Origin: an uncultured Chloroflexia bacterium
GTDB taxonomy: Bacteria > Chloroflexota > Anaerolineae > Aggregatilineales > Aggregatilineaceae
Assembly: GCA_963850765.1 (NCBI GenBank)
Contig: CAWKMN010000005.1
Coordinates: forward strand, 6,084 to 70,083
Direction of reading: 5' to 3'
Length of the DNA: 64,000 nucleotides
Shown here: in pieces, positions 29,989 through 39,544 of the stretch
How the letters are laid out: every line of letters begins with the position of its first letter
Numbering within the stretch: position 1 is the first letter of the stretch
Translations under genes and position numbers: made by a program
Notes under the pieces: generated by a model
Database searches by the model: none
Told to the model about the DNA's origin: nothing
The model's input: only the letters and a program-made list of their open reading frames with translations

Positions 29989-32024
29989 TTATCTTTCCCT
30001 ACGGGCTGCCTGAAGAGTTCTTGCAGCGCGCGCCACGTGCGCAGCACTTCAGCCACCCCCCACGCCTGCGCGATGCAGCCGTGCGGAACATGGGGCGGAT
30101 CGCCGTCGTAGATCTCGCTGATGCTGCCCAGCCCGTGATCGTACAGATGATTCGCCATCGGCTCAAGATAACTCAGCGCGATTCCCGTGTTCCCATAGAC
30201 CCGGTAATGGGCGCTCACGAAGGCCCCGATCAGCCAGGACCACGCGGTTCCCTGGTGATAGACGCTGTCGCGCTGCGCGCGGCTGCCGCCGTAATAGCCA
30301 ATATAGTCGGTTTCGTCCGGGGCAAGACTGCGCAGCCCATACGAGATCACCAGCTCGCGCGCGCAGATATCGACGACGGCTTTCGCCTGTTCACCCTCAA
30401 GCAGCGGGAAAGCCAGCGACACGGCAAAGAGTCTGGTTGGGTCGCAGTGTCGGATCCTCGCCTTCCGGCCCATCGATCACGTCGTACAGATAGCCGCCGC
30501 TGTACCAGAAGCGGGCGCTAAAACTGGCGTAGGCGCGTTGGGCCATTTCGTGATACATGGTGGCATCGGCCGGATCGCCAAAGTCGTCCGCGAGCTCCGC
30601 GGCGATACGCAGGGCGTTGTACCACAGCGCGTTGATCTCCACGGGCTTGCCGATGCGCGGCGTCACCACCCAGTCTTCGATCTTCACGTCCATCCACGTG
30701 AGCTGCAAGCCCGGCTCGCCCGCGTACAGCAGCCCGTCGCTGGGATCCATGTGGATGTTGTAGCGCGTGCCGCTGATATGCCACTTCAGGATGTCGATCA
30801 GCACCGGGTAAAGCTCTTTAATCGCGGCACGATCGCGGCTGCACGCCTGCCAGCAGGCATAGACCGCCTGGAAATACCACAGCGTCGCATCGACCGTATT
30901 GTATTCTGGGGCCTGTCCGGCATCGGGAAACCGATTGGGCAGCATGCCCTGGTTGATGAAGCGCGCATAGGTTTGCAGGATAGCGGCGGCTTCATCCAAG
31001 CGCCCGGTGGCGAGGGTCAGGCCGGGCAGGGCGATCATCGTATCGCGGCCCCAATCGCTGAACCAGGGATAGCCGGCCAGGATGCTCTTGCCGGGCGTGC
31101 CGGCAATATCGCGGCTGACGATGAACTGATCCGCCGCCAGCACAAACTGCCGGATCCAGTCGGGCGCGTCGGGTGGCAGCGCGGCCTGCTCGAGTAGTTG
31201 CTGCTGGCGCTGCTGTTCGGCCAGGAGCGCGTCGTGCCACGGGAGCGGGATCGCCTTCTTCGGCGGTGAAGATGACCGCCAGCGTGTTCCCCAGGTGCAG
31301 TTCCGCGTTGATGGTCGCGGCGGCGAACAGGTCTTCCTGGTTATCCTCGAGCCGCCTCTTTTCTCTTCGGCCAGGTGGAAGGACCACCACCATTCCGCGT
31401 CGGGGGTGATGGTGCCGCCGCTGCTCAGGATGCGGAAGGGGCGGCTGCGGCCCGGCGACCGCGATCGGGCCGGGTGCTGCACCTTCACCGCCTGTCCGCC
31501 CGGCCAGGGCGCGGGACATGACTCCACGCTCGACATGATAGCCGCCCTTGCGTCACGACATGATGATCGCGGTAGGTGCACAGCGGCTTGAGCACCATGC
31601 GGACGTTCGATGTGCCGCGTGCATAGGTGTAGGTCACGTAGGTCGTGTTCTGGCCGTGCGCCATCCAGATGCGCTGCACGATGCGCACGTCGCCCAACCC
31701 CCAGACAAACACCGGAATCGTGCCTTCGAGGCGGAAGCTTTCCAGGTGGCGGTAGCCGTCGGGCAGCACCACGCCCGCCGCCCATTCGTGGGTCACCAGC
31801 GGCGAGCGCCGCCCATCGAGATCCACCCAGGCGTCGAGATTGGCGACCATCAGCGTGCGCCGCGTGGGCGGTTGGAGCGAGGCCGTCAGCAGGCTGTGAT
31901 AGCGCCGGGTGCGTGCGCCGGCCAGCGACCCCATCGCATAGCCGCCGATGCCGTTGGTCACCAGCCATTCCCGGCGCAGCATCGCCTCCAGACTGCCGGT
32001 GATTTCGCGTCCGAAGTGGATCAT
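29989..32024 (-). pseudogene. glycogen debranching enzyme (amylo-alpha-1,6-glucosidase, GDE_N_bis + GDE_C), at least four frame disruptions; 3' end uncertain
   Basis: MIHFGREI..REWLVTNGIGGYA..TRRYHSLL; GYPWFSDWGRDTMIALPGL; RPNQ/LFAVSLAFPLL; QAWGVAEVLRTW. Frame changes near 31545, 31345, 31265 and 30436. No in-frame stop before the next gene. Confidence 0.8.
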
Positions 32025-32159
32025 GATGTTTTTGCTCTCCGCATATCGCAACACCCGCCCGAACAGGCTGGCTGCTTCGGGCGGGGAATAAGACCGGGTG
32101 TGGGAATGTGCTGCCGCGGTGGGCAGCGCGCATTCTTTGGCTGGTGGTCAGCCGCGCGT

Positions 32160-32474
32160 TTACTGCGAGTCCGGCGCGGTGTTGATCACGGAGTTATCCC
32201 CGCTGAAGGGGTTAGCCACATAACGATCGGCATCCCAGTCGTTATGCCACTGGTTGCCGTTGATCAGGTAGCGGAACTGATAATCACGGTTGGGTTCCAG
32301 TTCGACCGACGCTTTGAATTTGCCATTTTTGAGCCGGTCCATTGGCGTGGTGGTTTCGTCCCAGTTGTTGAAGTCACCTACCACGAAGGCGGACTCCGCA
32401 TCGGCAGCCAGGGCATCGGGCAGGGTAAAGTCAACCTTGACCTTGCCGCTCTTGAGATAACGCTTTTTGAACAT
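32160..32474 (-). CDS. stand-alone CBM48/AMPK-beta-like glycogen-binding module protein
   Basis: 104 aa. VVGDFNNWD..ELEPNRDYQFRYLINGNQWHNDW is the CBM48 (isoamylase N-terminal / AMPK1_CBM) signature. Confidence 0.7.
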   Translation of the reverse strand: MFKKRYLKSGKVKVDFTLPDALAADAESAFVVGDFNNWDETTTPMDRLKNGKFKASVELEPNRDYQFRYLINGNQWHNDWDADRYVANPFSGDNSVINTAPDSQ

Positions 32475-32581
32475 AGATGATCCTCCTTGTGCAAGCGGGC
32501 TTGCCTACCGATATTCTACCATTATTCCCAGTCAGCACCAGCCAGCGATCTGCACAGAGAAGGCGGGCGAGGACTGGGAAA

Positions 32582-32590
32582 TGCTATAAT
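32582..32590 (+). promoter_or_regulatory. candidate extended -10 promoter element (TGCTATAAT)
   Basis: TGnTATAAT is AT-rich in a GC-rich context, ~50 nt upstream of the ATG at 32642, which has an AGGAGAAGGAG RBS. Confidence 0.35.
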
Positions 32591-32641
32591 GGCCTTAACA
32601 CATATCAAGAGATTAGCGCAAGAGGAGAAGGAGAGCACGCG

Positions 32642-33848
32642 ATGCGAAAACTGATGGCGCTGCTGTGGAGCAGCGTGTCGGTGGTATCCGGGCTGCTGGG
32701 TGAGCTGCCATCCGTGCCGGCGCTGTCGTATCCCCGGCTGGCGACGGCGCAGGTGGTCGCTTCGGAGGATTTTATCGTCGGGCTGCTGGCGGGGATCGTG
32801 GGCGTCTGGAAAGGGATGCGCGCGCGGAGCGGCTGGGCGATCCTGCTGGGGCTGATCGGGATCGGGCTGGGCGCGCGCCGGCTGGTGCGGCGTGAAATGA
32901 CTAACGAGCTTCTGTCCGATGCGATGCGGGATGGGCTGGGGCCGGGCTGGCAGCGTGAGATCCGCCCGAGGTCCACCGCCAGTTTGGGCAGGCGCATCGA
33001 GCCGACCTGTTGGGACCGCTGCGCACGCTGCCTCGCCTGGGGGTGCGTGAAACGCGCGATGTGTTGTTCGCCGCGCCGGGTGGATATCCGCTGCGGCTGG
33101 ATATCTACCAGCCAAAAGAGGCAGCCGGTGGGCGTCCTGCGGTGATCGTCGTCCATGGCGGGGTGTGGCTCCAGGGGGACAAGAGTTCTACGGGTTCGGG
33201 CTGCATGACCGCTGGCTGGCGGCACAGGGATATGTCGTGTTCGACATCCAGTACCGGCTGGCCGGGCGCTGGCCCGCGCCCCTGGCGGATGTCAAATGCG
33301 CGATCCGTTGGGTGAAAGCCAACGCCGCCCGTTACGACGCTGATCCGGCGCAGGTGGCGCTGCTGGGACGGTCGGTGGGTGGCTTTCTGGCGCTGATGGC
33401 TGCATACACGGCCAACAATCCCGATTTCCCGGCGGGCTGCTTCGAGAAGTCCAAGGTCGATGAGAGCGTGCAGGCCGTGATCGCCACCGGGCCGCCCACC
33501 GATCTGCGCCTGTGGATGGCCGAACAGGGCAGCGCCATCGAACAGCTTCTGGTGGGGCTGTCGCATGAGGTGCCGGCGATCTACGACGACATAACGCCGG
33601 TTGCGCAGGTGCGGCCCGGTTTGCCCCCGACACTCATCATTCACGGCCAGCGTGACCAAACGGTGCCGCACGCCCATGCCGAGATCCTGGCGAACCGGCT
33701 GCAAGCGTCGGGAGTTCCCAATGTGCTGCTGTCGGTTCCGTGGGGACGGCATGGGGTGGATGCTTTTCTGGTTGGGCTGACCGCGCCCATGATCCAGTAT
33801 GACATCGACCGATTCCTGGCATGGGCATTCCATCGCCACGTCGAATGA
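32642..33848 (+). pseudogene. membrane-anchored alpha/beta-hydrolase (esterase/lipase-like), two -1 frame disruptions (near 32962 and 33183)
   Basis: N-terminal TM segments. VIVVHGGVWLQGDK / EFYGFG..GYVVFDIQYRLA. Nucleophile elbow GRSVGG. Fragments 32642..33145, 32959..33315 and 33165..33848. Confidence 0.7.
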
Positions 33849-33916
33849 TGGTGGGGGGCGGTCACGCTCTGGTCACGGCGAACAGGTAAGTTTAGCCATA
33901 GAAACGTTTGAAAAGC

Positions 33917-34100
33917 TTTACCTCACCCCCGGCGTGCGTCCCCTTCGGGGCTGCACGTTTCCCCCTCTCCACGCGCGGAGAGGGGGAGCTGGTACGCCTG
34001 GCAAGTCCCCCTCTCTAACTCGGTTGGAGAGGGGGATGCCGACCGAAAGTCGGACGGGGGTGAGGCCGACTGTAAACTGACAACTGTCAACTGATAACTC
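33917..34100. repeat. composite intergenic repeat block
   Basis: tttacctcaccccc..ccccctctccacgcgcggagagggggagctgg; gtccccctctctaactcggttggagaggggga; ccgaccgaaagtcggacgggggtgaggc; heptamers aactgacaactgtcaactgataactc. Confidence 0.75.
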
Positions 34101-34133
34101 TACACACTGAAGCGACCTACGAGGATACGACGA

Positions 34134-35450
34134 ATGACGCAACGGTTTGTGATGGGGACGATCCCGATAGGACTGGCGGTGCTGCTGGTGGTGGCGAGCG
34201 TGCTGACGCCGCTGGCGAGCGCCGATGATCAGATACCCGGTCCGAATATTCCGGCGGCGGATCGGGCGCCGGACGCGGAGAGCGGGTGGGCGGACGCGGC
34301 GCGGCAGACGCAGAACAGCGCGGAGTGGTCCATCGGCGAGATGACCTTCCAGAGCAATTACCCTAACGGCTTTACCTTCACGGTCGAAGCGTCCAGCAGC
34401 GGCGGGGCGATTGCCAGCGCCCGCGTGGAATGGACCCACCGCGCCAACCGGCCGGGAGAGCCCAAGCAGGTCATCCGCGAAACGGGCACCGTCGATCCAG
34501 GCACCGGCCTGATCACGGCCGTATGGGCCCCGGAGCAGTCGTCTGCGGTACCGCCGTGGGTGGGCGTAAACTACCAGTGGCGGCTGCGGGACGAAGCCGG
34601 GAACGAATTCCTCACCGAACCGGCTTTTGCCGAATACGAAGATCACTCGAAAGCCTGGGATCGTCATGAGAGCGACGAGGTGATCGTGTTCTCGTCGGGC
34701 TTGCAGGATAACATCGGCGAGTTGGTGGTCGATGCGATGGACCGGCAGCGCCAGAAATACCTGGACGGCTGGGGTGCGCTGCTGCCGTATCGCCCGCGCG
34801 TGATTCTGTTCGGCAGCCTGGACGACTGGCTGGAATGGCAGATCGGCCACCAGGATACGACCGGCCTGGGCACGATCACGGTGGGCCTGACGAGCGATGT
34901 CTGGGGCGGGACGGTGCAGGTGCTTTTTGGCTCGCTCGATGATCTGGCCTACGGCATTGTCGTACACGAGGTCGAGCACCTGTACCAATACGAGTTTCTC
35001 TCGCGGCGGGTGGCGTTCACGCCGGGCTGGTTCCGGGAGGGTGACGCTACCTTTTACCAGATGGACGAGAGCACCCTGAACTACGCGATGAACTATGTCG
35101 ACTACATGGTGTCAACCAACACCCTGCCGCTCCTGCTGCAAGGCCACGGTCCATCGGTGGGCGGCGACGATGCCCTGGACGGCTATTATGTCGGTTATAC
35201 GTTCTTCAAGTGGATAGACGAGAAGTATGGTATCGAGATGCACCGCCACATCATGGAGTTGATGGCTCAGGATCTGCCGTTCACCGAGATCTTCGAGCAG
35301 GCGCTTGGGATGAGCATCACCGAGATCGAAAGCGCGTGGCGGATCTGGCTCGGCGCATCGCCTGACGCGCCCACGCTGGCCCCCACCTGGACGCCGCCGC
35401 CCATCTGGAATGGGCTGCCGACGGCGACTCCGTTTGTGTTCGGCAAGTAG
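34134..35450 (+). CDS. secreted/membrane-anchored peptidase MA-like zinc metalloprotease
   Basis: N-terminal hydrophobic anchor. HEVEH (HExxH) followed by GWFREGDATFY, as in Peptidase_MA_2-type proteins. Confidence 0.55.
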   Translation: MTQRFVMGTIPIGLAVLLVVASVLTPLASADDQIPGPNIPAADRAPDAESGWADAARQTQNSAEWSIGEMTFQSNYPNGFTFTVEASSSGGAIASARVEWTHRANRPGEPKQVIRETGTVDPGTGLITAVWAPEQSSAVPPWVGVNYQWRLRDEAGNEFLTEPAFAEYEDHSKAWDRHESDEVIVFSSGLQDNIGELVVDAMDRQRQKYLDGWGALLPYRPRVILFGSLDDWLEWQIGHQDTTGLGTITVGLTSDVWGGTVQVLFGSLDDLAYGIVVHEVEHLYQYEFLSRRVAFTPGWFREGDATFYQMDESTLNYAMNYVDYMVSTNTLPLLLQGHGPSVGGDDALDGYYVGYTFFKWIDEKYGIEMHRHIMELMAQDLPFTEIFEQALGMSITEIESAWRIWLGASPDAPTLAPTWTPPPIWNGLPTATPFVFGK

Positions 35451-35632
35451 CAGGTAGCGGTCAGCGATCAGCTTCAGCGGTCAGCTTAACCTCACCCCTG
35501 GCGAGCGTCCCGCAAGCGGGCTGCTTGCTTGCGCTCTTTCATCCTTGGGGATTTATGCGGTATCGGGGCACATGAATGGAATGTAGGGGCCCGCCGGGTC
35601 GCCCAGGGCGGGTTTGTTAACCCGCCCCTACA
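35451..35632. repeat. composite repeat block: heptamers plus a 51-nt three-hairpin element (35582-35632)
   Basis: caggtagcggtcagcgatcagcttcagcggtcagc; ttaacctcacccctgg..; tgtaggggcccgccgggtcgcccagggcgggtttgttaacccgcccctaca. Confidence 0.8.
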
Positions 35633-35690
35633 AGAATATGCGATCATGTGTCAGTCTAGATCAGGGCCGTTCACGGTCCTTGCGGTAAAT

Positions 35691-35714
35691 AGCCGGGGTC
35701 TTGAAGGCCCCGGC
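35691..35714 (-). terminator. candidate intrinsic terminator downstream of the PGM gene
   Basis: Minus-strand gccggggccttcaagaccccggc (7-bp GC stem) directly after the stop codon, followed by a weak T-tract (tattta). Confidence 0.4.
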
Positions 35715-35719
35715 GATCT

Positions 35720-37138
35720 TCAGGCGCTGAACACCTCGATTTGCTTGAGCAGCGGATCCCGATTCACCTGCGGGTAGTCATCCAGCAGCGCGTAAAAGCG
35801 CTTCATATAGTCCACCAACTGCGGGAGGGTGTGCGCCTCGAACCGCATCGTGATCGCCGGCTGCGTGTTGCTGGCGCGGACCAGCCCCCAGCCGTCCTCG
35901 AAGATCGCACGCGCGCCGTCCACGGTAATGACCTCGAATTTGTCCTGAAGCCGGTCGCGCACGGCGTCGATGATCTTGAATTTCACATCGTCCGGCGCGG
36001 CCATAATGATCTCAGGGGTGGCGGGCATGGTCGGCATTTCGCCTAGCATCTGCGAGAGTGTCTTGTCGGTCTTGCTGAAGATTTCCAGCGTCTTGAGCGC
36101 GACGAGCGGCGCATCGTCAAACCCGTAATAGTTCTCCCCGATGAAGATATGCCCGCTGACCTCGCCGCCCAGCGGGGAGCCGATCTCGTTCATCTTGGCT
36201 TTCATCAGGCTGTGGCCGGACTTCCACATGACCGGCGTGCCGCTGCTGTCGCGGATAATGTCGGGGAGCACCTGGCTGGCCTTCACGTCAAAGACGATCG
36301 ACGATCCCGGCATGCGGGTCAGCAGGTCGCGGGCCAGCAGCGCCAGCAGCCGGTCGGCGGCAACGTGATGCCCGTGCTCGTCGATCACGCCGCAGCGATC
36401 CGCGTCGCCGTCAAACGCGATGCCAAAGTCCGCGCCGTGCTGGATCACGGCCGCTTCGAGATCTTTCGTCAGTTCGGGATCTTCGGGGTTGGGCAGGTGG
36501 TTGGGGAAGGTGCCGTCCGGTTCGCAGAACAGGCAGATAACCTCAACACCGAGCGATTCCATCACCGGCGGGACATACGCGCCGCTCAGCCCGTTGCCGG
36601 AATCGACCACGACCTTGAGCTTGTGGCTGCCCAGACGGACCTTGCTCTTGACCGTCTCCATGTGCTCGTGGATCATGCTGTAATCTTTAGCCCGGCTGCC
36701 GGTTCCTGCCTCGAAGTCGTCGCTCTGGATCAGCTTGAGGAGCGCCTGGATCTGCTCGTCCGCCAGGGCCAGCTTGCCATAGGCCATTTTGATCCCGTTG
36801 AATTTGGTCGTCAGGTGGCTGCCCGTCACCATGATCCCACCGGCGGCGGCATGTGATGCGGATGCAAAGTACACGGTAGGGGTCATGACGGGGCCGATGT
36901 CGGTCACTTTGAGCCCGGTGCTCAGAATGCCCTCGATCACCGCGTCCTTGAGCGGGGGTGTTGAGAGCCGGTTGTCGCCACCGACGAAGACCTGCTTGAT
37001 CTCCAGGTTGCGCTGTACATAGGTGCCATAGGCCTGACCAACCAGCCGCGCCAGACGAGGCGTAAGCTGGGGATTATCGCCCTCAACCGTGCCGCGGATG
37101 TCATATTTTCGGAATATTTCGGTGGGAACCTGCGCCAT
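35720..37138 (-). CDS. phosphoglucomutase/phosphomannomutase (alpha-D-phosphohexomutase family)
   Basis: KYDIRG, VTGSHLTTKFNGIK (active Ser), DGDADR and GGEVSGH motifs. ATG at 37138 preceded by AGGAGGG. ORF open to 37180. Confidence 0.85.
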   Translation of the reverse strand: MAQVPTEIFRKYDIRGTVEGDNPQLTPRLARLVGQAYGTYVQRNLEIKQVFVGGDNRLSTPPLKDAVIEGILSTGLKVTDIGPVMTPTVYFASASHAAAGGIMVTGSHLTTKFNGIKMAYGKLALADEQIQALLKLIQSDDFEAGTGSRAKDYSMIHEHMETVKSKVRLGSHKLKVVVDSGNGLSGAYVPPVMESLGVEVICLFCEPDGTFPNHLPNPEDPELTKDLEAAVIQHGADFGIAFDGDADRCGVIDEHGHHVAADRLLALLARDLLTRMPGSSIVFDVKASQVLPDIIRDSSGTPVMWKSGHSLMKAKMNEIGSPLGGEVSGHIFIGENYYGFDDAPLVALKTLEIFSKTDKTLSQMLGEMPTMPATPEIIMAAPDDVKFKIIDAVRDRLQDKFEVITVDGARAIFEDGWGLVRASNTQPAITMRFEAHTLPQLVDYMKRFYALLDDYPQVNRDPLLKQIEVFSA

Positions 37139-37312
37139 GAAACCCTCCTGAAATCGCATAAAGATAATCCTGATTTGCATTATACACTGTCCGGGACATT
37201 CGAGGTATGCGAGGTTGAGCGGCGCGAAACCCGCTGTGGTATCCCCCCGGCGTGTGTGGCAAAACGCGCACAGATAAGTGTTTGATGAATTCCTGCCGGA
37301 ACCCGGCGTCCG

Positions 37313-37321
37313 TGGTATAAT
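37313..37321 (+). promoter_or_regulatory. candidate extended -10 promoter element (TGGTATAAT) upstream of mreB
   Basis: TGnTATAAT ~37 nt upstream of the mreB start. The similar motif ggGGTATAATGCC recurs before mreC (38503-38511). Confidence 0.35.
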
Positions 37322-37357
37322 GCCCCGCTGACATGCGAATTAGGAGAGAGCGATACC

Positions 37358-38422
37358 TTGGTTAGCCCGCTGGATTGGCTTTTGGGCCTTTTTTCGCTGG
37401 ATATTGGCATTGATCTCGGTACCGCGAACACGCTGGTCAGTGTGCGGGGCAAAGGGATCGTGATCAATGAGCCGTCATATGTGGCAATTGAGCGCAAGAC
37501 GCGCCGCCCGATCAGCGTGGGGCGGGAAGCCAAGGAGATGTTCGGCAAAACGCCCACCTCGAAGTTCATGGTGGTGCGACCCCTGCGCGACGGCGTGATC
37601 AGCGAGTTTGAGATCACCGAGGCGATGCTCGACTATTTTATCCGCAAGGCACACGAGCAAAGCTGGGTGCCGATCCCGCGCCCGCGTGTGGTGGTGGGGA
37701 TTCCATCGGGCGTGACCGAGGTCGAGAAGCGCGCCGTCTACGACGCGACGATCAGCGCCGGGGCGCGCGAAGCCTTCCTGATCGAGGAGCCGGTCGCGGC
37801 GGCGATTGGCGCGGGTCTGCCCATTCAGGAGACGCGCGGCAGCATGGTCGTGGACATCGGCGGCGGTACGACCGAGGTCGCTATCTTCTCGCTGGGCGGG
37901 ATCGTGATCAGCCGCTCGATCCGCGTGGCCGGCGACGAGATGGACGAAGACATCGTGCAGTACATGCGCTCCAAGTACAACCTGCTGATCGGCGAGCGCA
38001 CCGCTGAGCGCGCCAAGATCGAGATCGGCTCGGCCTATCCGCTGCCCGAGGAGCGCACGCTGGTGCTGCGCGGGCGCAACCTGATCACCGGCCTGCCCGA
38101 AGCGGTCGAGGTCTCCTCGATCGAACTGCGCGAGGCGCTCAGTCCCTCGGTCGGCATCGTGATCGACACGATCCGCGATGCGCTGGACGAAACGCCGCCG
38201 GAACTGGTCGCGGACCTGATGGAGTTGGGGATCTGTATGGCGGGCGGCGGAAGCCAACTCAAGGGTCTGTGTGAGCGTGTCGCGGACGAAGTGAACGTGC
38301 GCGTGTGGCTGGCGGAAGACTCGATGACGTGCGTGGCACGTGGAGCCGGGCGCATCCTCGAAGATTACGACAACCTGCGCTCGCTGCTGGCCGGGTTAGA
38401 GCGCGGCTCGACGCAGCATTAG
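37358..38422 (+). CDS. mreB: rod shape-determining protein MreB
   Basis: IGIDLGTANTLV, actin-fold phosphate motifs and DIGGGTTE. 354 aa, TTG start. Confidence 0.9.
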   Translation: MVSPLDWLLGLFSLDIGIDLGTANTLVSVRGKGIVINEPSYVAIERKTRRPISVGREAKEMFGKTPTSKFMVVRPLRDGVISEFEITEAMLDYFIRKAHEQSWVPIPRPRVVVGIPSGVTEVEKRAVYDATISAGAREAFLIEEPVAAAIGAGLPIQETRGSMVVDIGGGTTEVAIFSLGGIVISRSIRVAGDEMDEDIVQYMRSKYNLLIGERTAERAKIEIGSAYPLPEERTLVLRGRNLITGLPEAVEVSSIELREALSPSVGIVIDTIRDALDETPPELVADLMELGICMAGGGSQLKGLCERVADEVNVRVWLAEDSMTCVARGAGRILEDYDNLRSLLAGLERGSTQH

Positions 38423-38460
38423 TTTGTTGGTTACTGGTTGGTGGTTATTGGTGATTGGTC
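38423..38460. repeat. TGGTTAT-type heptamer tandem repeat directly after the mreB stop
   Basis: tttgttggttactggttggtggttattggtgattggtc (7-nt periodicity). Confidence 0.7.
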
Positions 38461-38549
38461 ATGACTGCCCCGGATCAGTGGTTCGGGGCATTTTGTCGAG
38501 TGGGGTATAATGCCGGGCAGAGGCAAGTTGGTGCACGGAGGGCCAGTTC

Positions 38550-39398
38550 GTGCCGCGTAGTGGCCGCGTCTTTTCGTTCGTGATGACGATGGTGCTCGTC
38601 TCGCTGCTGATCTTCTTCAGCGTGCGCGGCTCTCTGGAGCCGGTTGAGGCGGCGCTGTCGGTCCCGCTGGACTTCTTGCAGCGCTTGTTTGGCGGGGCCA
38701 CCCGCAGCACCAGCGGCTTTGTCGATGATGTATCCGAATACCGGCGGCTGCGCCAGCGCAACAAGGATCTCGAAGAAGCGGCCGCGATCTATCAGGCGGA
38801 ACTGGCGCAGCTGCGCGAGAAGGCATTGGATTACGACCGGCTGGCCGCGCTGCTCGATTATGATCGCTTCAGCCCGGAAGATCAGGAGTTCGTGACCTGC
38901 AACGTCATCGGCACCGACAGCACCGGCTTCGTGACCGCGATCCGCATCGACTGCGGGCGGCGTGACGGCCTGACCCGGCTCGACCCGGTGCTGACGGAAC
39001 TCGGGCTGGTGGGTCGCATCACAGAGCTTTCCGCCACAGGATCGGAAGTGCTGCTCGTTACCGATCCCAACAGCCGGGTCAATGCGCGGCTTCAGACCAC
39101 GCGTGCGGATGGTGTCGTGATCGGGCAGGTCGGCGGCGACCTGTTGATGTCCTTTATTCCGGTTGATGCTCAGGTGCGCGAAGGGGATCTCGTGATGACG
39201 AACGGCCTGGGCCAGACCCTGCCCGCCGATCTGATCGTGGGGCGGGTGTTGAGCGTGGCGCTGGCCGAAAACGAGCTTTACCAGGAAGCGCGCGTGCGCA
39301 GTCTGGTGGAGTTTAACCGGCTGGAGATCGTGCAGGTGTTGATCAATTTCGAGCCGGTGGATCTGTCGGTCTTCGAGGAAGAAGAAACAGCCCCCTGA
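38550..39398 (+). CDS. mreC: rod shape-determining protein MreC
   Basis: N-terminal TM, a coiled-coil (RRLRQRNKDLEEAAAIYQAELAQLRE) and a beta-rich C-terminal domain (GLVGRITE..VLLVTDPNS..). Position between mreB and mreD. Confidence 0.8.
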   Translation: MPRSGRVFSFVMTMVLVSLLIFFSVRGSLEPVEAALSVPLDFLQRLFGGATRSTSGFVDDVSEYRRLRQRNKDLEEAAAIYQAELAQLREKALDYDRLAALLDYDRFSPEDQEFVTCNVIGTDSTGFVTAIRIDCGRRDGLTRLDPVLTELGLVGRITELSATGSEVLLVTDPNSRVNARLQTTRADGVVIGQVGGDLLMSFIPVDAQVREGDLVMTNGLGQTLPADLIVGRVLSVALAENELYQEARVRSLVEFNRLEIVQVLINFEPVDLSVFEEEETAP

Positions 39399-39403
39399 TC
39401 CTT

Positions 39404-39525
39404 GTGATTGGTTATTGGTGATTAGTTGTTGGTTATTGGTAACGCCGAACCGGCTCTGTTACGAGCAAGAAAATCGATACCAGCGTCCCAAAACTAATAA
39501 CCAAAAACTAACGACCAACAACTAC
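39404..39525. repeat. inverted pair of TGGTTAT-type heptamer arrays between mreC and mreD
   Basis: Left arm gtgattggttattggtgattagttgttggttattggt (39404-39440). Right arm ccaaaactaataaccaaaaactaacgaccaacaactac (39488-39525). The arms are partly complementary. Confidence 0.75.
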
Positions 39526-39544
39526 TGAAAGCTGATGGCACCTT

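Noticed and set aside
31255-31350. Compensating -1/+1 pair in the debranching gene as evidence of selection for a recoded segment
   Set aside because: The out-of-frame stretch is the one that matches the conserved GDE sequence (LEDNQEDLFAAATINAELHLG..). The pair is therefore best read as two independent indels, not adaptive recoding.
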